Source of the DNA: a virus | Reading direction: 5' to 3' (one strand) | IMG/VR virus record: IMGVR_UViG_3300010376_000014 | Coordinates: 1 to 47,242 of that record | Length of the DNA stretch: 47,242 bases | Part shown: positions 40,801 to 47,242 of the stretch, piece after piece | Numbering within the stretch: position 1 is the stretch's first letter | Layout: each line of letters begins with the position of its first letter | The notes under the pieces: generated by a model | The model's database searches: none | What the model saw: the letters and a program-made list of their open reading frames with translations, nothing else | What the model was told of the DNA's origin: nothing | Position numbers and translations under genes: made by a program

Positions 40801-41766
40801 TCCCCAGGGAAGTTTCATCTTGCCAACTGGGCTATTGAAGAACGCATTGACCGCAGGCTCAACAATCGCTCGTCTGAACGGAGACACAGAAGGATAGAGA
40901 GTTATCGACGGAACGCGACTCTGTCCTAATGCTTCCTGAGCAATTACATCGGGACGATACTGAAGTTGCTGTGGTCTCATCTCGTATAGTGGTCTCGTTA
41001 CTTGAGCCACACGTTGAACTCCAGGCATCACACCTACAGCAGCCCTCAACCGCCCTACGTCTGATGCTGTCGCTTCACCTGCTCGGACCGCTCTCGCTGC
41101 TGACGCTGCAGCATCTGCTATCGACCCAGCTTTTGCCGCTGCTCCGATACCAGGTGCAGCGACTGAAGCTACATCCATAAATGGCTTCCAAATAGTGGTC
41201 GGGGTTGCGTTCGTGAAGTCACCAACAGTCTGTCTTATCTGTGACTTCAGAATCTGAGTGCCACTAGTTGTCTGTTGCCCCGACCCAGCTGCCGCGATTG
41301 GATTCTCACGGAGCATTGCGTTCTTAGCGAGATCGAATACGCCAATAGGAGCCTGCCCCAATGCCTTGACGGGACCGTACAGATTAGCAGCAGCGATTGA
41401 AGCCCCTTCACCAATGGTCTTGCCCACGTCGCCGAGCATGTTTCCTATCGCGCCAAGGAAGCCACCACCTGACGTGTGGGGGCCAATTGGATTGGACTTC
41501 AAAGCACCACTAAGACTTGGTCCTAACCCTGCGGACTGTATACTCTGGGATGATAGAAGAGCTCGGTCACCAGTCGACAATTGCTGTGGTTGGATCTTGC
41601 CCTGATTGATGCCAGCCTGCAGGAGTCCCGCACGAACAGAATTGTTGATATCCTCCCCTGTAGCTAGGCCAGTGCCAATCGCGCTTGCAAGAGACGCTCC
41701 TGTGTCAGCGGCCTGATATAGTCGCTCTAGCGACGGGAGGTCGGGGATAATTACCCCGGAAGACAT
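37801..41766 (-). CDS. Very large internal-virion/ejection-type protein (1321 aa)
   Basis: Size and position after two low-complexity proteins parallel the T7 gp14-gp15-gp16 core proteins. No enzymatic motif recognised. Confidence 0.5.
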   Translation of the reverse strand: MSSGVIIPDLPSLERLYQAADTGASLASAIGTGLATGEDINNSVRAGLLQAGINQGKIQPQQLSTGDRALLSSQSIQSAGLGPSLSGALKSNPIGPHTSGGGFLGAIGNMLGDVGKTIGEGASIAAANLYGPVKALGQAPIGVFDLAKNAMLRENPIAAAGSGQQTTSGTQILKSQIRQTVGDFTNATPTTIWKPFMDVASVAAPGIGAAAKAGSIADAAASAARAVRAGEATASDVGRLRAAVGVMPGVQRVAQVTRPLYEMRPQQLQYRPDVIAQEALGQSRVPSITLYPSVSPFRRAIVEPAVNAFFNSPVGKMKLPWGDSSLADKRFEYHAGRAVDATRGQVQAGTADIGFSRIQKIKAVLDDLHKESLSPRDFEMKRNATIMRMRLLAGTENKDEALQILEQYQKDYLRGEIAKLPPELERSGPMRASLGITEPDATRNYYDKQFSEPAFRDYFGNPTEGMSEFAKALHEDAARGLAQEGIDPWEHIQNMLGTHAIARQESVDSLIGKMPDSFKRSGTLAKGLSQVQQAIIDAKGEDVPEEHLNYQLATAIPGPNVARKTKIIEDAIASFKADYHDEIPLAERKRDPDYLPGKTLSEKVGQALVRDGYMSPHEAQRFMAGSPILKPGEEWAPTYWPSRSATDLKLINGTGRIARIRKLAGGGGWNAPEDMTMREFAGRFRSAPKSPAQLVHRQQLGFVQTPSFLRDIDHTLFEQGIERLDERVIYNHIMQRERHVLGTQLGDPLLDRLSFKSADGSVARYTDWNQFIKDIGSEAAAKNYVPLPDNAIRTLMTTEDHAIISVVEALKAATMREGGLTATGAESIMEGLEESAQETARELVDSAGQGVRAIPVATFNRLVDHARLSAKTTSKFWRLEATFIGQWRHAVLAMMPAWWFRTTVGHGAILWLNGINTIPGMTWEARLARKGEQGFHVGAMGLDESRQIHYPAGVIQGALESQFEDAHGLSRYGIAPRVQSMVHSTMNFQRKAAFIHLLDKTARGRWSEIANSLDETGQVFTKFDTPEKINQLVLNHNDIVQHVLNEMSRVTYTFGQMAPWERRLAMYGMPFWGWYKFASKFAWTLPITYPGRANILRMLGQLGNEEQNQQYGPLPDWLQNSIVLGMNSQGMARYINLQGLNPISDVMSPVNADGTLNSTGLVNFGQLNPLIQGSMAAMGINPMTGGQEYIDPSSGWIEVNGTYYNTDPNNPREASTLAGISPAERFLGSVARSFPEARILETLMTGGRSVYPEAIPLVNEKIIPTQVPKVSNIGTALGQYAFPFVPKQYNLGSYQSNLQTNVNRALSTYYTDLAKQAALNP

Positions 41767-43565
41767 CAGTAATTAGGTGCTCGCCACTGCCGATTATAGA
41801 TGTCGCGCAGGGCAGTATTGATCGCCTGCTGATAACCGCTCGGTAAGAAGTTTCGGTACCAATTCGCTGGCTGTGGTGTAGCGTATGTCTTCTGATTCGG
41901 GCCCCATCCAGGTATTGGGGCTAGATCTCGTGCCCATCGCTGATTACCGGTTTTGCGAGCCTGTCCGGTCACTCGGCTTTCGATGCCTTTGATAATGTTC
42001 TGCCGTTGCTGGAGGACATCTCGAGGCTCATTGCCTACACCCGCATAGAAGAGCATGTCCTTGGCCCATTGCCCAACGGTCAAGCGACTATTGCCCTGAT
42101 AGTACTGTGGTTGATTCTGTATCGCTTGTAGCGCCTGTATACGCGAGATACCATATTGATCCTGAAGCTGTTGTACAAGCGCCCACGGCTGAATCCGCTG
42201 GCGATATTGGTTCTCATTGATATGGGTCGTTCGAGTGGTGACCGGCTGCTGACCCGATCCTGCCTTTGGTTGAGACTTCTGGGTGGTTGTATAGATCTCC
42301 TCCTTCGTCGGTGAGAAGTAGGCCTGAATCGTCTTAGCCACATTGTTAGCTGCTGTCGCCTGAAGTTTCGCTTCGTTCTGGATCGTCTTCGCATTGGTCG
42401 AATCGATGCCTGCCTGGATCGACTTGGCGTTCTGGTCCAACTGCGTATTGCCCTGTTGGATTCTCGCCCAGTTCTGAGCATTGGTGACGTTCTGATTGTG
42501 GATATTGGCGGCGTTGACTTGCCTCGTTTGGCTTTCATTGAACGCCTGCGATTGTCTCGCTTGACCCTGAGTGAATGCCTGGTTCTGCTTATTGAGATTG
42601 AGTGTCTCTTGAGCGATGCGGTTCTGAAGAGCTGTAGTGGCAGCGTTTTGGAGCTGTGTGGTAATCGCATTGCGCGCGGTAGTGATATCGCTAGGTATCT
42701 GTTGCGCCAATGCCGACATTTGCCCTTGGAGTCCCTGAACTGCTGCTCGGTGGCGTAGGGATTCTGTATCGAGCTGTTGTGCGCGCTCGAGGCCTGCGTT
42801 TGATATCTGCTCTCCTAACGGTCCCAGATCAGACGCAGCGAGTTGTCCAAGAGTATTTTGGATGCCCTGCCCCTGTGCCTCAGCCGCTGCTTGATAGGGC
42901 TGAGCTGGCGATCCGGGTGGTGCCGTGATACCAAGCATCTGATCTAACGTCTGACCCGGAACGTTTGCTGAGTTGAGTGCGGCCCCCAACGTCTGCTGCG
43001 CAGCTTGATTGCCGGCAGCGTTCTGAGTCAACCACTGACTAAGCTGATTCCGGACCTGGTTGTAAGCATCCTGAGCCTGCTGACCATAGGTCTTATATGT
43101 GGCCGTAATAGCAGCCACACGTTGGGGGTCAGCCGCATTCTCGGCAGCGAGGTTACCTTGAATTGTTTGAAGTTGAGGCAGATACTGAGATCGAGCCTGC
43201 TGAAGAATCTGCTGATTGACTTGTCCCTGTGTCTGAGTGCCAAAGGGATTATAGGCACCCTTAGCGCCTGTATTCAGACCGAACGTCCCCGTAGCGATTT
43301 GGTTCGCTAACTTATCTGTTGGAGATATTGGAGCTGCTCCAGGAGTCTTACCAGCAGGCAACTTCGTCGAGGTCGCCTTTGGAGCGGCCACAGTTGGGGC
43401 TTTTGGTGCCTTTGGTGCGGCGGCCCTGAATGGCGCCATTGTGATCTGCCCAGTGGTGGCACCTGTGCCCTTATTAGAGCCCAGTAGAGAATTGACTTGT
43501 GAGCCACCACTAGATGGAAGTGCAGGTTTGACGTTTGGGAGTTTGAGTGTAGCTGCAGCAGCCAT
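41766..43565 (-). CDS. Q/N/A-rich coiled-coil internal-virion-like protein (599 aa)
   Basis: ORF track. Composition. Overlapping stop/start with both neighbours. Confidence 0.5.
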   Translation of the reverse strand: MAAAATLKLPNVKPALPSSGGSQVNSLLGSNKGTGATTGQITMAPFRAAAPKAPKAPTVAAPKATSTKLPAGKTPGAAPISPTDKLANQIATGTFGLNTGAKGAYNPFGTQTQGQVNQQILQQARSQYLPQLQTIQGNLAAENAADPQRVAAITATYKTYGQQAQDAYNQVRNQLSQWLTQNAAGNQAAQQTLGAALNSANVPGQTLDQMLGITAPPGSPAQPYQAAAEAQGQGIQNTLGQLAASDLGPLGEQISNAGLERAQQLDTESLRHRAAVQGLQGQMSALAQQIPSDITTARNAITTQLQNAATTALQNRIAQETLNLNKQNQAFTQGQARQSQAFNESQTRQVNAANIHNQNVTNAQNWARIQQGNTQLDQNAKSIQAGIDSTNAKTIQNEAKLQATAANNVAKTIQAYFSPTKEEIYTTTQKSQPKAGSGQQPVTTRTTHINENQYRQRIQPWALVQQLQDQYGISRIQALQAIQNQPQYYQGNSRLTVGQWAKDMLFYAGVGNEPRDVLQQRQNIIKGIESRVTGQARKTGNQRWARDLAPIPGWGPNQKTYATPQPANWYRNFLPSGYQQAINTALRDIYNRQWRAPNY

Positions 43566-44674
43566 TATTTCTTCTTACTCGCGACCTTCAGTCCCGTTGG
43601 CGACTTCGATTTCACAGTTGACGATTTGATTGCTGGTACCTTCGCTGCCTTCGGTGCTCCGGCCTTGGCGCCCTTCGCGACCGTCGGCGTCTTGACTGCG
43701 GTGGTGCGTGGTGTAGGGGAGGCGACATTGCCAGGCGCGAAGGATCCTGTGGCCGTATCAGGAGTGGGCCAATTATTCGCTGCCTGTGTGACCTGATCCG
43801 CCAGTGCAGCATTGACTGCGTTGGTCCTATCCGTCAATGCTCTGTTCATGTTGATATTGAAGTTGGCAAGTGCCTGATTATATCTCTGCTGGCCTAGAAG
43901 GTCCGCACGCTGTTGGGCACTACCAATATTGCCGAGGTCCTGACCCATGAGGGATGAGAAGAATGTACCTGTGCGTGCGCGGGCGTTCTCAGCAGTCTGC
44001 GTCTGTTGCTGCGCGCGTAGTGCAGCGAGCGCGAGGGCAGAATTAGGATTAGGAGCTGCAGGAAGGCCCCACTGAGCCATCAGATTCGGGTCACCATACG
44101 CAAGTGCCGCATTCTGCATTGCCTGTTGATACTGTGCCTGAGAGGCACCATACGTTGCATTGGCGGCTGCAATCGCTGCCTGATCAGCAGGGACAAGTGG
44201 GATGGGATTGGGATTTGCCCCAGCAGTCACAGGAGGATTAGGTACTGTCGGCGTTGTGTTGGGAGTACCAGGAGGGGCGCCGGGGAGCGGTGCGGCGGTT
44301 TTTGCCCCGGCTACCCCTGAACCTGGTTGTGTTGCTGTCGATGCTTGGCTTGTGGCTGATGATCTGCCAACTGGATTAGTATCGGGCAGTCTTCCGGCTC
44401 CCACAGGTGGTTTCGCAGCAGGAGGCCTTGGAGCAGTTGCTTGCCCTGTACCCCCTGTCTGCGCCTTCACCGCCGCCTTTGCTAGGGTCGGCTGGGCCCC
44501 TCCCGTTGGAGTCTGACGGGGAGTGGGGGGCTTGGCGATGGTGAGAGCTGCCCCGGGTGGTTTAGTAGCCGCAGTCGCTCTTAGTGGAAGGCCATATGTG
44601 TTACCCATGGCCGTCTGCCTGGCAACGGGAGCAACGACTGTGGGTTTACGAATGGCTGGAGCAACTGTGGCCAT
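43565..44674 (-). CDS. A/P/T-rich internal-virion-like protein (369 aa)
   Basis: ORF track. Low-complexity N-terminal two thirds. Confidence 0.5.
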   Translation of the reverse strand: MATVAPAIRKPTVVAPVARQTAMGNTYGLPLRATAATKPPGAALTIAKPPTPRQTPTGGAQPTLAKAAVKAQTGGTGQATAPRPPAAKPPVGAGRLPDTNPVGRSSATSQASTATQPGSGVAGAKTAAPLPGAPPGTPNTTPTVPNPPVTAGANPNPIPLVPADQAAIAAANATYGASQAQYQQAMQNAALAYGDPNLMAQWGLPAAPNPNSALALAALRAQQQTQTAENARARTGTFFSSLMGQDLGNIGSAQQRADLLGQQRYNQALANFNINMNRALTDRTNAVNAALADQVTQAANNWPTPDTATGSFAPGNVASPTPRTTAVKTPTVAKGAKAGAPKAAKVPAIKSSTVKSKSPTGLKVASKKK

Positions 44675-45339
44675 TACCAGCTCCCGAGTCCACGAATAGG
44701 CATATCGGTTTGGTAACCCTGTGCGTCTTCGACCGTGGTGGGTTCGTCTAGCTCACGTTCGCTGAACTTGCCCATCAGACGCAGCAAGGTCGCTTCATAC
44801 TGCTTCAGTGCGTTATCCGCTCTCTCTTCTTCGTTCTCAGCCTGTAGCGCTATGGCAGCAGCCATTTGAATGATGGCATACTGTACTATGTCGGGGAAGG
44901 GTCCACTGGAGATCGAGCCAGGCATGTCGGTGGGATTGACCATATCAGGACACAGTGCCTGGTACATGATCTCAAAGGGAGTATCAGTCTGTAGTACACG
45001 CCAGATCTGCATCCTGTTCGTGCTCACAAGCGTGTAGACCTCTGCTAGTCCTATATCTGTAGGATCATTGATCTGACGTACGAACTTGTGACGGTCGTAG
45101 TATTTCAACTTGGCGAATTGCACCATATCCTTGACATACATGACCTTAGAGCAATCAGCAGGTAACTGGATCGTGTTGGAGCCTGCAGTCACTGTGAGTG
45201 TGATTGGATTGGCTTCTAAGAAGGGCCAGTCGAACGCCGCCTCGAATGTGTGCATGGCTGCATTGAGCCAGATCGTCAGTGGATCCGTTGAATCGAATCC
45301 GAAGCGCATTAGCGCCGTTTGAAGTTGAGTTAGTTGCAT
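44674..45339 (-). CDS. Possible head-to-tail adaptor protein (221 aa)
   Basis: Assigned by position between the capsid-proximal genes and the internal proteins only. Confidence 0.35.
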   Translation of the reverse strand: MQLTQLQTALMRFGFDSTDPLTIWLNAAMHTFEAAFDWPFLEANPITLTVTAGSNTIQLPADCSKVMYVKDMVQFAKLKYYDRHKFVRQINDPTDIGLAEVYTLVSTNRMQIWRVLQTDTPFEIMYQALCPDMVNPTDMPGSISSGPFPDIVQYAIIQMAAAIALQAENEEERADNALKQYEATLLRLMGKFSERELDEPTTVEDAQGYQTDMPIRGLGSW

Positions 45340-45770
45340 CAGAAATATACGGTGGGTCGGTCGATGATACCATCTTTCCTCAGTGCGAAGTATAGTCTCT
45401 CGGATGCCGCACCGATCTCCTCACTGAGCGAGTGGTCAAGGTCGCGCTCACGCTGGGCATCGTACCGTTGGAACTCGTCCTCAAGGTCCACATATGAACG
45501 TGAGTTCTGATCCGCCCTGTGGATCTTATCGATTGTATTCTGCCCAAGCCATTTAGTCGTGAAGCATAGGCGATCCGTCTGGTCCGCGCAGTGTTCAACG
45601 ATGACCCATTCCTCATTCTCGGTGTCGAAGTACACGGACAGAAGCCCCGCCCAGCGACGCTCGATCTCTGCCTTGACATCCAGGACGTCCTTCTCGTATG
45701 TTACGAGGCGCCCTTCGTTGGCATCCACAATGGAAAGACCGGGCTTCGCTATTTGGCGGGGCTTCCACAT
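45339..45770 (-). CDS. Hypothetical virion-module protein (143 aa)
   Basis: Start taken at ATG 45770, just after the upstream stop. The ORF-track start at 45923 would overlap the upstream gene. Confidence 0.5.
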   Translation of the reverse strand: MWKPRQIAKPGLSIVDANEGRLVTYEKDVLDVKAEIERRWAGLLSVYFDTENEEWVIVEHCADQTDRLCFTTKWLGQNTIDKIHRADQNSRSYVDLEDEFQRYDAQRERDLDHSLSEEIGAASERLYFALRKDGIIDRPTVYF

Positions 45771-45774
45771 GGTC

Positions 45775-46110
45775 CTATTTGGCGTATACGCGGGCCATAG
45801 TCTGAGTATCGCCCGTGAGTGCTGCTGGGTATGCTCCTGCCGCAAGCTCTGTGCCTGCTGCAGAGAATACCTTGAGACCACCAGTTGGCTTCTGGAACTC
45901 GAAATCGTATCCAGCGCCTCCATCGATGGTTATGCTGATGATCTGGGACGGAGCTGATCCGGGCCACCCTGCGAGTGGATTCCATGCATCGCCACCTGTC
46001 GTGTACGACCCAGAGAACGCCAACGACATATAGCGGACGTTGACGGAGCCCTCCACATTGGTGATGCCCCCCGATCCGGGGAGTGGAACGTCTGTGGCGA
46101 CCAACGTCAT
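45775..46110 (-). CDS. Small protein immediately after the capsid gene (111 aa), possibly a capsid decoration/accessory protein
   Basis: ATG 46110 lies 1 nt after the capsid stop (46112-46114). G/S/T-rich, beta-like composition. Confidence 0.4.
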   Translation of the reverse strand: MTLVATDVPLPGSGGITNVEGSVNVRYMSLAFSGSYTTGGDAWNPLAGWPGSAPSQIISITIDGGAGYDFEFQKPTGGLKVFSAAGTELAAGAYPAALTGDTQTMARVYAK

Positions 46111-46111
46111 G

Positions 46112-47242
46112 TCAGCTCCAGACGCCAGCGGCGTCGTCCTGCAGATTGATGATCTTGCCAAGGCGGTTACGTCCCACCGTGCCGAAATCATGATCCGCAG
46201 CGAGGTAGGCGTCGAAGTTATCCGTGCGGTCGACTGCACGAGCAAGAATCGCCCCGTCATCGTCCACCCAGTTCCAGCCGCCCTTCCCATCCTGCCCTGC
46301 GTCGAGGTAGATCCACATCATCGCGTCTGCGTTGAGCATCCACATGGTGCCCTTTGGACAGTCGTCATCGAATACCATCGGCATCTCGTTGAAGAGGATT
46401 GCTTTGAATCCTCCTCGCAGAGTGACTGAGTCCGAGTCATTGAATCGCTTCTGTGACTTCAGAGTATTGACGTAGCGACGACGAATACCACGAGTAGTGA
46501 GGATCAATTCGACTTCTGCCTGACCCGACTGTCCGACGCGGTCGACCACCTGCTGTCCCTGGTCTTCTGAGAACGGATTGCCGGCTGAGTCAACGATCAC
46601 CGAGTTCCACCACGAGTTCGCAGCGGCCGAGGCGTCTACACCATGCAGAATGTTGTTGATCGGCCCAGGTCCTGCATAGTTGGATATGATATTGCCGAGA
46701 CCATTGATCTCGTTCGTGACGGATCCTGCGCGAGTGAGGATATGCGACGTGGTTGCGGTTACGTCCGCGCCCGAATACGTCACGACTCCTGTGGCCGGAT
46801 TGATTGCCGTGATCGTCCTGGCGGACGCCAGTACCGTCCAAGGGGACGTACCCAGGACGATATCGACCACCATGTTGACACGGAGGTACTGCACTGATCC
46901 AACCGTGACGCTATTGGCACCATCGGCGGTCACTGCTGCCAATGCACCAACCTGGGAACCATAGCCCTGGCGGTTGACGTCCTTTCGGATGTCAAGCACC
47001 ATGCCCTTCGTCTCGGCCTCCAGTAGACGCAGGAAGACGCCTGGCTGGCGTTCGCTCAGCTTGATCGCATAACGCGAGAGTCTGATCGAACCGAGATTGT
47101 GATGGAGGCGGTCCTTCAGATCGGTCCATCCCTGCTGTCCGGCAGTCGGTAGGTTACCGCCTTCAGGGACCGCCCCCAACCCCTCGTTACGAGCCATGTG
47201 GACGGGCAGCACCCATTCACGTCCGGCGAATTGCACGCCTTC
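46112..47242 (-). CDS. Major capsid protein, main part (continues upstream into 312..1 through the circular junction)
   Basis: ORF track 46112..47236. Same frame as 1..312 after mapping 47120-47242 onto 1-123. Size and position are typical of HK97-fold capsid proteins. Confidence 0.85.
   Translation of the reverse strand, partial: EGVQFAGREWVLPVHMARNEGLGAVPEGGNLPTAGQQGWTDLKDRLHHNLGSIRLSRYAIKLSERQPGVFLRLLEAETKGMVLDIRKDVNRQGYGSQVGALAAVTADGANSVTVGSVQYLRVNMVVDIVLGTSPWTVLASARTITAINPATGVVTYSGADVTATTSHILTRAGSVTNEINGLGNIISNYAGPGPINNILHGVDASAAANSWWNSVIVDSAGNPFSEDQGQQVVDRVGQSGQAEVELILTTRGIRRRYVNTLKSQKRFNDSDSVTLRGGFKAILFNEMPMVFDDDCPKGTMWMLNADAMMWIYLDAGQDGKGGWNWVDDDGAILARAVDRTDNFDAYLAADHDFGTVGRNRLGKIINLQDDAAGVWS
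47120..47242. repeat. Terminal direct repeat, copy 2 (identical to 1..123)
   Basis: Same comparison as copy 1. Confidence 0.95.

Noticed and set aside
42080-42670. 196-aa R/S-rich ORF in another frame of the 599-aa gene
   Set aside because: It is a frame-shifted reading of a Q/A-rich repeat gene. There is no independent start signal.
1-47242. Temperate lifestyle / prophage features
   Set aside because: No integrase, excisionase-integrase pair, CI/Cro-like switch or att-like repeat was recognised. The 123-bp end repeat interrupts the capsid gene, so it is not an att duplication.

Overview
The window is a complete, circularly closed genome of a tailed dsDNA phage. Bases 1-123 are identical to 47120-47242, so the unique length is 47119 bp and the major capsid gene is split across the window ends. 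Coding density is very high, with many ATGA/GTGA/TAATG start-stop overlaps. There are two arms. (i) A minus-strand packaging/virion/lysis arm runs 16359 -> 1 and continues 47119 -> 36672. It carries a terS-like gene, a nozzle-like protein, tail-collar and collagen-like fibres, two paralogous small fibre modules, terL, a GH16-like protein, an amidase endolysin, small membrane proteins, a LAGLIDADG endonuclease, portal, scaffold, capsid, an adaptor-like protein and three large low-complexity internal-virion-like proteins (369/599/1321 aa). The gene order resembles a T7-like podovirus. (ii) A plus-strand early/replication arm runs 16441 -> 36730. It carries small early ORFs, a DUF2786-like protein, an acidic HTH protein, an SNF2 helicase, a dNMP kinase, MazG, a second LAGLIDADG endonuclease, two thymidylate-synthase-fold proteins, dCMP deaminase, a family-4 UDG domain fused to a proofreading PolA, a GT2 glycosyltransferase, a Cas4-like nuclease, a Sak4-like ATPase, a DUF669-like protein, an Rpf-like transglycosylase, VRR-NUC and an mIHF-like protein. 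This arm is interrupted by a minus-strand primase-polymerase plus RepA/DnaB-like helicase island (23039 -> 21163). I saw no integrase, lysogeny module, tRNA, rRNA, CRISPR array or reverse transcriptase. The Rpf-like and mIHF-like genes suggest an actinobacterial host (inference). The most interesting candidates are: (a) the 25761-33271 operon, which assembles every functional class needed for a hydroxymethyl-pyrimidine (possibly glycosylated) genome from unusual parts; (b) a plus-strand two-ORF cassette at 15194-15748, bracketed by a perfect 27-bp inverted repeat and preceded by a TGACGT array, embedded antisense in the late operon; (c) a family of near-identical promoters; (d) iteron-like phased repeats next to the helicase gene. 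All functional calls come from by-eye motif recognition. No database search was run.
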